IMG/VR virus record: IMGVR_UViG_3300025117_000036
Coordinates: 32,001-96,000 of that record
Length of the DNA: 64,000 bases
Direction: 5' to 3' (one strand)
From: a virus
The position numbers and the translations under genes are program-made. Under the pieces are notes generated by a model. That model searched no databases. It was not told the origin of the DNA and saw only the letters and a program-made list of their open reading frames with translations. Positions 10,148-20,285 of this stretch are shown here, one piece after another (position 1 is the stretch's first letter; every line of letters begins with the position of its first letter).

Positions 10148-10753
10148 ATGGGAAAATTTATTGATTTGACCGGACAGAGGTTTGAGAGATTGACAATATT
10201 AAAGAAATCAGATAAAACAAATAAAAGAAAAGACATATATTGGGATTGTATTTGTGATTGTGGAAATAAAATAACAATAAATGGAGCAAATATTAGAAAC
10301 AATCATCAAAAATCATGTGGCTGTCTAAGAATAGAAACAATAATTAAAAATACAAAAGAAAGATGGGAAAAAACTTATACTGATGGCGGTTCATTTGTTT
10401 GCCTATATTTGCGATATAAAAATGGAGCAAAAAGAAGAAAGATCGAATTTAATTTAACAAAAGAACAATTTAAAAATTTAATAAATCAACCATGTTATTA
10501 TTGCAACTGCTTGCCCAATACAAAAACAAAGTATAATAGGAAGTATCAATATTCTAAACCTAAAGTATTATATTATAACGGAATAGATAGAGTAGATAAT
10601 AAGAATGGGTATAATATTAAAAATGTTGTTACGTGTTGTTTTACTTGTAATTATGCTAAACGTAAAATGGGAATTCAAGAGTTTCTGCTTTGGATTAAAA
10701 GAGTTTATAATCATTCAATATTAAATAATAAAAAAAGAAGAAGTGTAACATGA
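10148..10753 (+). CDS. free-standing HNH homing endonuclease
   Basis: DLTGQRF..L...W.C.CDCG N-terminus; CYYC...GIDRVDN.NGY...N.V.CC..CN.AK. Confidence 0.85.
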   Translation: MGKFIDLTGQRFERLTILKKSDKTNKRKDIYWDCICDCGNKITINGANIRNNHQKSCGCLRIETIIKNTKERWEKTYTDGGSFVCLYLRYKNGAKRRKIEFNLTKEQFKNLINQPCYYCNCLPNTKTKYNRKYQYSKPKVLYYNGIDRVDNKNGYNIKNVVTCCFTCNYAKRKMGIQEFLLWIKRVYNHSILNNKKRRSVT

Positions 10754-10968
10754 ATGGAGAACTAATAATTGAAGGAAAAATTTTAGAAGATACCTTATCG
10801 GGAAAACATTATAATATTATTTTTGATGAATGGTGGGATATAGATGATATAGATTTTTTTGTAGATAATATTGTAAAAAAAGGATATTTTAAATATTGCT
10901 ATTTGGGCATTCCTCAATTTATAATGTTGTCTAATATATCGTGTATTTATTTTAAACCAGTGACATAA
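10750..10968 (+). CDS. hypothetical protein
   Basis: 72-aa ORF, ATGA overlap with the HNH gene. Confidence 0.55.
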   Translation: MNGELIIEGKILEDTLSGKHYNIIFDEWWDIDDIDFFVDNIVKKGYFKYCYLGIPQFIMLSNISCIYFKPVT

Positions 10969-10996
10969 TAAAAAGAAAGTTTTATAAGGAGATAAA

Positions 10997-11194
10997 ATGG
11001 ACAGTGAAGAAATTGTAAATGAACTTACAAATGAAATACGTTTGGAATTTGAATATTTACGAGAAATAAGAAAAGAAGCGCAAGCCATTTATGATAAGAT
11101 TGATAATTCTGAAAATTTCAAATTTACAATGTCTCACGTTGTTGCAGTTTTTGAAGCAATTGGAAATGTAAACGATAGACGAAATATAAAATAG
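10997..11194 (+). CDS. hypothetical protein
   Basis: 65 aa, AAGGAG RBS. Confidence 0.65.
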   Translation: MDSEEIVNELTNEIRLEFEYLREIRKEAQAIYDKIDNSENFKFTMSHVVAVFEAIGNVNDRRNIK

Positions 11195-11216
11195 AACTTT
11201 TATAGGAGAAAACATT

Positions 11217-11444
11217 ATGCCAAGTACAACAATTAAATATTTTAAGAAATATCCAGATCATTTAATGGGTGCTGAAAACTTTGAGGGATTTAATTATCCA
11301 GATTATCATTGTTCATTGTTGGCTCATTGTATGGAAAGAAGGATTCCCGATGGCCCTGAAAAGTCGGCAGGTATGAGAAAGTTATTAGAAGCAAAGGATT
11401 GTTTTGAACGTGCTTATTATTCAGAAAAGGAAGAACAAAAATGA
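11217..11444 (+). CDS. small helical phage protein, possibly Acb2/Tad1-like
   Basis: GPEKSAGMRKLLEAKDCFERA motif; AGGAG RBS. Confidence 0.5.
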   Translation: MPSTTIKYFKKYPDHLMGAENFEGFNYPDYHCSLLAHCMERRIPDGPEKSAGMRKLLEAKDCFERAYYSEKEEQK

Positions 11445-11719
11445 AAAAACTTATCGAAAGACTTGTTAAAGTAAATGACATCGAAAGTATTACTTGTGAT
11501 AAGTGTGGAAAAGAATATGTGTTTGATGGTAGTTGTAAAAACATTGAGGAAATTCAAGAATTCCATTCCATTGCGTTTACAGGTGGTTATAGTTCTGTAT
11601 TTGGTGATGGGGCTTTAATAGAATGTGATTTATGTCAAAGATGTTTATACGAAATGATTAAAGGTATTTATAGAACTAAACCTTATTATGCCTGTGAGTA
11701 TGAAGGCTATATTGAATGA
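11441..11719 (+). CDS. zinc-finger hypothetical protein
   Basis: CDKCG...GGYxSVFGDG...DLCQRC. Confidence 0.7.
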   Translation: MKKLIERLVKVNDIESITCDKCGKEYVFDGSCKNIEEIQEFHSIAFTGGYSSVFGDGALIECDLCQRCLYEMIKGIYRTKPYYACEYEGYIE

Positions 11720-11741
11720 AAGAAAGGTTTTATAAATAAAA

Positions 11742-12050
11742 ATGACAGAACAATCTATTACAATTGACGATGCGATTAATTTCTTAAATGAATTAATTGC
11801 TCGCGATGAGGATGCTATGACCGGATTAGTAAATCAAAGAGTTATATGCAATGAAAACATGGCATTCCATCCCACGGTGCAAGTAGGAATAAACGAAAAT
11901 AAAGAATATATTGTGGGTATGATAGGTATATTAAATGGACTTTTTGGAATAAATACAAATAAATATGGATATCTTACATTTATTTTTAAAGAAGATGGAA
12001 AATTAAGTCATGTAAGGAAAACATTTGTGGGTGAAGGGAATAGTTTATGA
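11742..12050 (+). CDS. hypothetical protein
   Basis: 102 aa; RV.CN....HPTVQV...VG.IGILNGLFG pattern. Confidence 0.65.
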   Translation: MTEQSITIDDAINFLNELIARDEDAMTGLVNQRVICNENMAFHPTVQVGINENKEYIVGMIGILNGLFGINTNKYGYLTFIFKEDGKLSHVRKTFVGEGNSL

Positions 12051-12226
12051 TAGAAGTGTTGGCTTTATTATTTGGTTTTATTTATTTTTGTATAGCGTTA
12101 TTTTTTTTAATATTTCTATTTTACGATGATTATGAAAGCGTGTGGATCATAATGATTAAAGCTTTATTCTGGATAATTAGCATTCCAATTATAATTATAA
12201 GGGAAAGGTATTTTGATAAACGATGA
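12047..12226 (+). CDS. small membrane protein (59 aa, not in ORF track)
   Basis: MIEVLALLFGFIYFCIALFFLIFLF... with two hydrophobic stretches; ATGA overlaps on both sides. Confidence 0.55.
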   Translation: MIEVLALLFGFIYFCIALFFLIFLFYDDYESVWIIMIKALFWIISIPIIIIRERYFDKR

Positions 12227-13941
12227 ACTACAAACTAATCAATAAAGTACCAGAAGATAAAAAAAACATTTTATCAGTTGCCGAACAGATTTTATATAAT
12301 CGAGGAATTGAGAATCCTGATCTATATATGAGTTTGACAGATAAAAATTTATATCCATATAGTTTATTAGATAATATAGATGATGCAGTAAAGGTTTTAC
12401 TACGTCATATCGAAGAAGAAAACACAATCGGAATAATTAGCGATTCTGATGCTGATGGCTATTGTTCTGCCAGTATTCTATTTCAATATTTATCTGAAAT
12501 TTATGATGTAAATAAGATTCTTTATTTTATTCATACCAAAAAACAACACGGTATCAGTTACGATATTCAAATTCCTAATAATGTAAAACTACTTTTTATT
12601 CCTGATGCTGGATCAAACGATGTAGATGAAGCGAAAGTATTGAAAGAAAAAGGAATTGACATAATTTGTTTAGATCATCATGAAAAAAGCAAAGAAAATC
12701 CTTATGCTATTATTATCAATCCTAAATGGTGCGAATATCCAAATAAAGAACTTTCAGGAACAGGAGTTGTTTGGAAGTTTCTGCAAGCTATTGATGATGA
12801 ATTATGGGAAAACAGGTCAGATAAATATTTAGATATTGTTGCATTGTCCATTATTGGAGATGGGATGGACATTAGGGAATTCGAGAACAAGCGTATTATT
12901 GATAAGGGTTTATCTGATATCAAAAATAAATTTCTTAATGCTCTCATAGAAAAACAATCTTATAGCATCGGTGGCATTGTAAATATTATTAATATTCAGT
13001 TTTATATAGTCCCTTTAATTAATGGGCTAATTAGAAATTCTACATTTGAAGAAAAAGAATTAATGTTCAAAGCTTTTTGTCAAATGGATGAAGAATTTGA
13101 TTATATGAAAAGAGGAGAAACCGAACCAGTTAAAGAAAATATTTATGCAAGAGTAGCCCGATTATGCGTAAATAACAAAGCTAAACAAGATAGAATTATT
13201 AATAAATCAATTGAAGAAATTACAAAAGATATTGAAAAATATAAATGGGACGATAACAAAGTGTTATTTGTAAAATTTGATGATATTGAAAGTAGTTACG
13301 TGGGCTTAACTGCTATGAAATTAGCGTCTCTTTACTCTAAACCTTGTATCTTATTCAGAGAAACCAATTGGAAACCAGGATTTTACAATGGAAGTGGCAG
13401 AAATATTGATAATTCTCCGATTGAAAATCTAAGAGATTTTGTATTAAATACCGATCTTTTTACAATGGCTCAAGGTCACGCATCGGCATTTGGCTGTGAA
13501 TTTGAAAAAGAAAACATACGAGAAATTATTAGTGTCACTAATGAAATTCTTAAAGATATCGTCTATGAAAAAATATATCCCATCGACTTTGTTTTTAATG
13601 AAGACGAATTATCGCCAGAATTAATAAAAGAATTTGATAAATTAAAAACTTATTGGGGAACTAAAATAAATGAAAGCCTAGTACTGATTAAAAATATTCA
13701 TCTAAATACAGCCAATATTAAATTAGTAGGTAAAGAATCAGATACTTGGAAATATACTATAAACGATGAAATTGAGATTATTAAATTTAAGTGTTCTCCC
13801 GATGATGAAATTATTCGACTACATCAAAAAGATTGGGGTGGAGTAGATATTATTATAGACGCAATTGGAAAGTTAAGTATTTCCGGTTTTAATGGTATAA
13901 TGACTCCGCAATTCAATATAGTGGAATATAACATAACATAA
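12223..13941 (+). CDS. recJ: RecJ-like single-stranded DNA exonuclease (DHH family)
   Basis: DSDADG, PDAG, DHH, LSG.GV, GSGR and GH..AFG motifs. Confidence 0.9.
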   Translation: MNYKLINKVPEDKKNILSVAEQILYNRGIENPDLYMSLTDKNLYPYSLLDNIDDAVKVLLRHIEEENTIGIISDSDADGYCSASILFQYLSEIYDVNKILYFIHTKKQHGISYDIQIPNNVKLLFIPDAGSNDVDEAKVLKEKGIDIICLDHHEKSKENPYAIIINPKWCEYPNKELSGTGVVWKFLQAIDDELWENRSDKYLDIVALSIIGDGMDIREFENKRIIDKGLSDIKNKFLNALIEKQSYSIGGIVNIINIQFYIVPLINGLIRNSTFEEKELMFKAFCQMDEEFDYMKRGETEPVKENIYARVARLCVNNKAKQDRIINKSIEEITKDIEKYKWDDNKVLFVKFDDIESSYVGLTAMKLASLYSKPCILFRETNWKPGFYNGSGRNIDNSPIENLRDFVLNTDLFTMAQGHASAFGCEFEKENIREIISVTNEILKDIVYEKIYPIDFVFNEDELSPELIKEFDKLKTYWGTKINESLVLIKNIHLNTANIKLVGKESDTWKYTINDEIEIIKFKCSPDDEIIRLHQKDWGGVDIIIDAIGKLSISGFNGIMTPQFNIVEYNIT

Positions 13942-13955
13942 GAGCAAAAAATAAA

Positions 13956-16900
13956 ATGAACTATATAAACTACCACTCTCATTCATCGTATTCTAATATC
14001 TCTACTCCTGATTCAACCATTTCCAATCAGGAAAGGGCGAATAGAGCGATTGAATTAAATATGTCTGTGTTATCAGGAATCGAACACGGATGGAGTGGCA
14101 GGTTTATAGAAATTATTGAATTAGCAAAACAAAATAACTTAAAACCACTTTTAGGCACAGAAGCTTATTTTGTAAAAGATCGTTTAGAAAAAGATTCTAC
14201 GAATGCCCATGTTATTTTATTAGCAAAAAATGAAAATGGTAGAAAATCAATCAATAGAATTTTGAGTGAAGCTAATGTTACAGGTTTCTATTATAAACCA
14301 CGCATTGATTTTGATTTACTTTTTTCTTTACCTCAAAAAGATGTGTGGGTTACAACTGCTTGCATTGGTGGAATTTGGAAATATAAAGACGAATATGAGA
14401 GTGTTCTTCTTCATTTAAATAATTACTTCAAAGAGAATTTATTTTTAGAAGTTCAATATCATAACGCTCCAAGACAAATAGAAATCAATAAGAAAATTCT
14501 AGAATTATCTAAAAAATATAATATTGGCATTGTTGCTGGTATGGATAGTCATATGATTTCTTCCGATCAGTCAAAAGAAAGAGATGATTATTTACTATCA
14601 AGAGGTATTAAATATCCAGATGAAGAAAATTGGTATTTGGATTTTCCATCTTATGAAACAGCGTTCGAACGATTTAAAAAACAGGGCGTATTGAATAAAG
14701 GTCAAATAGCCGATGCATTAAATAACACGAATATTTTTGAAACCGTTGAAGAATATAATTCAATTATTTTTGATAAGAACAATATTAAGTTGCCCACGTT
14801 GTATGCAAAAGAATCTCAGTCGCAGAAAGATGAAAAGCTATCTAATTTAATTTGGAAACAATGGGAACAAGAAAAAATCAATGTTCCTAAAAATAAATGG
14901 ACTCTATATGAAAAAGAGATTCAAAAAGAATTAGATGTAATTATTCAAACCAAAATGGCAGATTATTTCTTACTGGATTATGAAATAATTCAACGTGGAA
15001 AAGAAATGGGTGGTAATATTACTCTTACTGGTAGAGGGTCAGCACCATCATATTATATATCTAAACTATTGGGTTTTACGACCATTGATAGAATCTCCGC
15101 TAAAGTCAGACTGTTTCCAGAAAGATTTATTTCAGCAGAAAGAATTATAGAATCTAAAAACTTACCCGATATTGATTTTAACTTAGGTAATCCCGACGTT
15201 TTTGCAGAAGCACAGCAAGAAATTATTGGACAAGGGCATAGCTATCAAATGATTGCGTTTGGAACAATCAAAACATTAGGGGCATGGAAATTATATGCAA
15301 GAATATCGGGAGTCGATTTTGAAACAGCCAACTTAATTTCCGAACAAATTCAGAAATATGAATGGGATTTAAAACATGCTGAATCAGATGATGAAAAAGA
15401 TGAAATCAATATTTATGATTATATAGATGAAAAATTTCATAAAGTTTATGATGAAAGTGTAAAATATTTAGGATTAGTAAATAGTGTTACTCCTCATCCA
15501 TGCGCTTATTTGTTATATAACCAGGGAGATATCAGAGAAGAATTTGGATTGATCAAAATTAAGACAGGCAATGTAGAGCATATTTGTGTTTGTTGTGATG
15601 GATTATTTGCAGAAAATTATAAATTATTGAAGAACGATCTATTGAAAGTGTCAGTGGTTGATCTAATTCATCGTATTTATAAGAGAATTGAAATTGAACC
15701 TCACCCATTACCACAACTAATTAAGTTGTGTGAAAACAATGAAAAAGTTTGGGATATTTATAAATATGGTTGGACAATTGGAATTAATCAATTTGAACAA
15801 TCTGGAACATCTAACAGGGCAATGAAATTTTCTCCAATTAATCTTTCAGAATCAAGTGCGTTTGTCGCCGCCATTCGCCCAGGATTTAAATCTAATTATT
15901 CTCAATTTGAAGCTCGACAATCTTTTTCTTATGGAATTGCATCACTTGATAAAATATTACAAACAGAAGAATTTCCTCAATCTTACATGCTTTATCAAGA
16001 GCAAACAATGGCAGTATTGGCTTATAGCGGTATTCCAATTAGTGAAACTTATGATATTATTAAAAATATTGCGAAAAAACGTGCAGAAAAAGTATATAAA
16101 TATAAAGAAAAATTTCTAGATGGAATGACAAGAAAGATTATACGTCAAGAAAATATTGAAAAGATAGGCGCTGAAAAAATTGCACATATGACTTGGCAAA
16201 TTATTGAAGATAGCGCGTTTTATTCTTTTAATGCATCCCATTCCTATTCTGTTGCAGGAGATTCTCTATATGGCGCATATTTAAAATCTCATTATCCTCT
16301 TTTCTTTTATGAGGTGTTTCTACAAATGATGGATGAAGATAGCAACAAAGATCGATTACATACCGCCAAATTAGAAGCACAACAAGCATTCAATATTAAA
16401 TTTCCCCCACTTAGATTCAAACAAGACAATCGCAGAATTTCTGCAAATGCAGATACTAATGAAATTACAATGTCATTAAAGAGTATTAAAGGATTTGGAT
16501 ATAAAATTGCAAATGATATGTATTATCTATCTACAAATTTTCATAATGGAGATTTTGTGGACTTGCTTTTATTGGCAGAAGACAATTCTTTGCTTTCTAC
16601 TAAATTTGAACAATTAATAAAACTAAATTATTTTTCTGAATTTGGTGAAAGTAAAAAATTATATAATTTTTATTTGGAATTTACAAAAGGTAAAAACCGT
16701 TATAATCATAAATTAACCGATAAAACAAAAGCGAAAAGAATCACAGAACTAAAATTAATTTTTGCTTTTCTAAAAGATGAAGAATACACTATTCAAGATC
16801 AAGTAAAAAATGAATTAGAGATTATTGGAGGAATTCAATCTTGCTTTGCCATAGATAAAAGATATGTTTGCGTACTTGAATTAAATAACAAGTATTCACC

Positions 16901-17141
16901 TAAAGTCATTGTTCAAATATTGCATAATGGAAATCGACAAGACCTAAAAATATCCAAAAAAATATACAATGATCATCCTGTTAGCCCAGGAGATATTTTA
17001 TATTGCAAGTCATTCAAGAAAAAGAACAATGTTCGCAAAAATGAAAATGGCGAATGGGAAGAAATTCCAGATTTATATTCTTGGTGGCTAGAGGTTTATC
17101 ATAAAGTAAAAGAAGATGAAGAGTTAAAAACTGTATCTTGA
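13956..17141 (+). CDS. dnaE: DNA polymerase III alpha subunit (family C)
   Basis: PHP domain (HSHS..S), GRGSA, PDIDF, YQEQ, FNASHS. Confidence 0.95.
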   Translation: MNYINYHSHSSYSNISTPDSTISNQERANRAIELNMSVLSGIEHGWSGRFIEIIELAKQNNLKPLLGTEAYFVKDRLEKDSTNAHVILLAKNENGRKSINRILSEANVTGFYYKPRIDFDLLFSLPQKDVWVTTACIGGIWKYKDEYESVLLHLNNYFKENLFLEVQYHNAPRQIEINKKILELSKKYNIGIVAGMDSHMISSDQSKERDDYLLSRGIKYPDEENWYLDFPSYETAFERFKKQGVLNKGQIADALNNTNIFETVEEYNSIIFDKNNIKLPTLYAKESQSQKDEKLSNLIWKQWEQEKINVPKNKWTLYEKEIQKELDVIIQTKMADYFLLDYEIIQRGKEMGGNITLTGRGSAPSYYISKLLGFTTIDRISAKVRLFPERFISAERIIESKNLPDIDFNLGNPDVFAEAQQEIIGQGHSYQMIAFGTIKTLGAWKLYARISGVDFETANLISEQIQKYEWDLKHAESDDEKDEINIYDYIDEKFHKVYDESVKYLGLVNSVTPHPCAYLLYNQGDIREEFGLIKIKTGNVEHICVCCDGLFAENYKLLKNDLLKVSVVDLIHRIYKRIEIEPHPLPQLIKLCENNEKVWDIYKYGWTIGINQFEQSGTSNRAMKFSPINLSESSAFVAAIRPGFKSNYSQFEARQSFSYGIASLDKILQTEEFPQSYMLYQEQTMAVLAYSGIPISETYDIIKNIAKKRAEKVYKYKEKFLDGMTRKIIRQENIEKIGAEKIAHMTWQIIEDSAFYSFNASHSYSVAGDSLYGAYLKSHYPLFFYEVFLQMMDEDSNKDRLHTAKLEAQQAFNIKFPPLRFKQDNRRISANADTNEITMSLKSIKGFGYKIANDMYYLSTNFHNGDFVDLLLLAEDNSLLSTKFEQLIKLNYFSEFGESKKLYNFYLEFTKGKNRYNHKLTDKTKAKRITELKLIFAFLKDEEYTIQDQVKNELEIIGGIQSCFAIDKRYVCVLELNNKYSPKVIVQILHNGNRQDLKISKKIYNDHPVSPGDILYCKSFKKKNNVRKNENGEWEEIPDLYSWWLEVYHKVKEDEELKTVS

Positions 17142-17166
17142 CTTTCCTCTTCAAATGTGCTATTAT
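17138..17166 (+). promoter_or_regulatory. sigma70/sigmaA-type promoter for recD2
   Basis: TTGACT-17 nt-TATTAT with extended -10 TG. Confidence 0.6.
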
Positions 17167-17231
17167 CTATTATCTAAAAACAACATTAAAAAATAATTTA
17201 ATTCTATTCAATCGTGGGAAAATATAACTAA

Positions 17232-19475
17232 ATGGCAAATCCTGAAATTGTAGAATTTGAAGGTAAAGTTGCTTTCGAAAAATATTATAATGATCAAACA
17301 TCATGGGGGGCATATTCCGTTAATTCAAAAACAGATATTCCTCATTGTAAAAACATTGAATATACTGATTATATGACTGACCAGGAAATTATAGAATACC
17401 AAGTTAATCTTTCTGGTAAAATGCAAAGATTGATTGAAGGTATGACTTATACTTTTAAAGCAAAGGCAGTAAACAATAGCAAATATGGTTGGGGATATGA
17501 GCCTATCAGCATATCTCAAGATTTACCTAAAACAGATAAAGAACAATTTCAATTTTTAAGTTCAATTGTTGCTCATGATCAAGCACGAACATTGCTTAAT
17601 ATTTATCCAAACATTGTAGAAGAAATTATTAGCGGTACTGATTGTGTTGACCTGTCATTGACAAAAGGTATTAAAGAAAAAACCTACGATAAAATTAAAC
17701 AAAAAGTTTTAGAAAATTATGCGTTTGCGGATATTATTTCTTTGCTTGCTCCATTGGGAATCAGTTTCAATACGGTTCATAAACTACTAAATTTTCAATC
17801 TAATGTTGAATTATTAAAACAACAATTAATTGACGACCCTTATATAATTACTCAGATTGACGGTATTGGCTTTAAAAAAGCAGACGATGTTGCTTTGAAA
17901 ATTAATCCATCGTTATTAATTTCAGAACAAAGAGTAAAATCTTTTATTAAATATTATTTACAAGAAATAGGAAGTAATGATGGGCACACTTGGATTTTGA
18001 TAGATGAACTAAAAACAGCAATTAAAGAAAATTTAATTGAATGTGAAGATATCTTTAAATTATTTATTAAAAAAGAACAAGAAAATAAAACATTTTTATA
18101 TTTTGAGAATGATAAAGTTGGTTTAAATTATTTTCATTTCGTAGAACAAGAAATCTGGAGAATGATTCAGGAATTTAATAAATCAGACCCTCTCTATATT
18201 TCTAAAGAAGATATTGACGCTGGCATTTTAGATGCAGAAAAAGAATTGGGTCAAGACAAAAAAGAACAATTTCATTATAGCGATGAGCAAAAAAAATTTT
18301 TAATAAAACTTACTAAAAACAATTTTTCAATTTTAACAGGGAAAAGCGGGGTTGGAAAAACATCGCTTACTAGAGGACTATTTAAAATTTATGGAAATTA
18401 TAATATTGGGGCTTGCTCTCTTTCAGCTAAAGCCTCACGGCGTATTACCGAAGTTACCGGACAGCCAGCATATACAATTCATAAACTTTTAGGAAGCAAG
18501 GGGCCAAATGAATTTACTTACAATGAATATAACAAATTGCCCTATGATATTATAATTGTAGATGAAATTTCATTATGCTTTTCTGGTTTATTTTATCATC
18601 TTATTTCTGCCATTAAAGACAATGCTAAAATCGTTTTAGTTGGCGATTCTGGTCAACTAAACCCTATATCGTGGGGAAACCTATTGGTGGATTTACTCGA
18701 AAAAAAAGATTTAAATATCTGTTATTTGACTAAAATTCAACGACAAGCCGCGGCAAGTGGAATTATATCTTCTGCAAACTTAATTCGAGAAGGAATTGAT
18801 CCTCTAAATAATGAAAAAACATTTAAAAAAGTTTACGGAGAACTTCAAGATATGTACTTTATGTTTAGAGAAAAAAAAGAAGAATTATTTACCATTGCAG
18901 TAAAAACATATTTAAAAACTGTAGAGAAAATTGGATTAGACGATACATATTTAATTACTCCTCGCAAAGAGTGTGATCCAAATAGTACTTATACTTTTAA
19001 TAAAACAATTCAGGATATATTGCTTGATGATACTTTACCATATGTAAAATTTGGAAAAAAGTCTATTTTTAAATTGGGAGCAAAAGTTATTCATCGTGTC
19101 AACAATTATGATTTAGGAGTTACAAATGGGGAACAGGGATATGTAGTAAAAATTAAAAACATGGGCAAAGATGGCGGCGACGGATTAGTTGTTGAATATC
19201 CTGATAAAATAATTGAATATACCAAAGAAAATTTAAAAGAATTACATTTAGCTTATGCAATTACGGTACACTCTGCACAGGGAAGTGAAGCACATACTTG
19301 CATTGTCGTACTTGATTCTAATTCTTTTGTTCTTCTCAATAACGCATTATTATATACTGCAATTACTCGTAGTAAATCTCGCTGTTTATTGCTTTCTCAG
19401 CCATTTGCATATAATAGGTGCGTATCAACAAATGTCGGAAATAAAAGGAATACTTGGACTCAATTTTTTGAATAA
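17232..19475 (+). CDS. recD2: RecD2-like SF1B helicase
   Basis: HhH N-terminus, GKSGVGKT, TIHKLL, VDE, VGD..QL, AYAITVHSAQGSE, LLYTAITR. Confidence 0.9.
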   Translation: MANPEIVEFEGKVAFEKYYNDQTSWGAYSVNSKTDIPHCKNIEYTDYMTDQEIIEYQVNLSGKMQRLIEGMTYTFKAKAVNNSKYGWGYEPISISQDLPKTDKEQFQFLSSIVAHDQARTLLNIYPNIVEEIISGTDCVDLSLTKGIKEKTYDKIKQKVLENYAFADIISLLAPLGISFNTVHKLLNFQSNVELLKQQLIDDPYIITQIDGIGFKKADDVALKINPSLLISEQRVKSFIKYYLQEIGSNDGHTWILIDELKTAIKENLIECEDIFKLFIKKEQENKTFLYFENDKVGLNYFHFVEQEIWRMIQEFNKSDPLYISKEDIDAGILDAEKELGQDKKEQFHYSDEQKKFLIKLTKNNFSILTGKSGVGKTSLTRGLFKIYGNYNIGACSLSAKASRRITEVTGQPAYTIHKLLGSKGPNEFTYNEYNKLPYDIIIVDEISLCFSGLFYHLISAIKDNAKIVLVGDSGQLNPISWGNLLVDLLEKKDLNICYLTKIQRQAAASGIISSANLIREGIDPLNNEKTFKKVYGELQDMYFMFREKKEELFTIAVKTYLKTVEKIGLDDTYLITPRKECDPNSTYTFNKTIQDILLDDTLPYVKFGKKSIFKLGAKVIHRVNNYDLGVTNGEQGYVVKIKNMGKDGGDGLVVEYPDKIIEYTKENLKELHLAYAITVHSAQGSEAHTCIVVLDSNSFVLLNNALLYTAITRSKSRCLLLSQPFAYNRCVSTNVGNKRNTWTQFFE

Positions 19476-19515
19476 TAATAGTAGTAAGTAAAGGAAGATT
19501 AAATAATATATAAAC

Positions 19516-20265
19516 ATGAATAAATTTAAAGATTTAACTGGACAAAAATTCGGAAAATTAACAGTAATCAAAAGAGTTATTATAAATAAAAATAACAAGA
19601 ATATTCCCAAATGGTTATGTAAGTGTGAGTGCGGAAATGAAAATTTTCTAGCCACGGCAGGAAATTTAATAAATGGACACACTAATTCTTGTGGATGTCA
19701 AAGAAGAGTTTTATCTTCTCAGAGAAATCGAAGATATAATAAATATGATTTATCAAATAATTATGGAATTGGGCATACGTCAAATGGAAAAATTTTCTCA
19801 TTTGACTTAGAAGATTATGATTTAATTAAAAATTATTGTTGGTTTTATATGGGAGATGGATACTTATCAACAAATATTCCAGGTACTTATCCGCGTCCTC
19901 AAATATTAATGCATAGATTAATTATGGGAGTTAAAAACAATATTGAAATTCATATAGATCATATTAATAAAAATAGGGGGGATAATAGAAAAGAAAATCT
20001 AAGATTTGCTACGCCCTTGCAAAATTCTTGGAACAGATCAACTCCTGTTAATTGTAAAACCGGAATTTCGGGTGTCTGTAAAAATACCAAGAGTGAAATA
20101 ATGATTTATCGAGCATATATTACTGTAAACAAAAAATGGATACATTTAGGTATATTTAATAATTTAAAAGAAGCAATTATTGCACGCTTAAAAGCAGAAC
20201 TAGAATATTTTGGAAAAGATTTTGCCCCTCAACGTCATCTTTTTGAGAAATACAATATATTTTAA
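19516..20265 (+). CDS. free-standing HNH endonuclease with C-terminal AP2-like domain
   Basis: DLTGQKFG..W.C.CECG; MHR.I...DHIN....DNRKENLR; HLG.F....A..AR..AE. Confidence 0.85.
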   Translation: MNKFKDLTGQKFGKLTVIKRVIINKNNKNIPKWLCKCECGNENFLATAGNLINGHTNSCGCQRRVLSSQRNRRYNKYDLSNNYGIGHTSNGKIFSFDLEDYDLIKNYCWFYMGDGYLSTNIPGTYPRPQILMHRLIMGVKNNIEIHIDHINKNRGDNRKENLRFATPLQNSWNRSTPVNCKTGISGVCKNTKSEIMIYRAYITVNKKWIHLGIFNNLKEAIIARLKAELEYFGKDFAPQRHLFEKYNIF

Positions 20266-20285
20266 TGAGTATTATTTCTCTCTTG

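Larger units (their letters stand above)
8399..11733. repeat. cluster A of dispersed palindromic sites ATRAAA-N6-TTTTAT at gene junctions
   Basis: Copies at 8399, 9077, 10078, 10968, 11186, 11716; N5 variants at 9257, 9478; degenerate copies at 9813, 10097. Confidence 0.85.
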
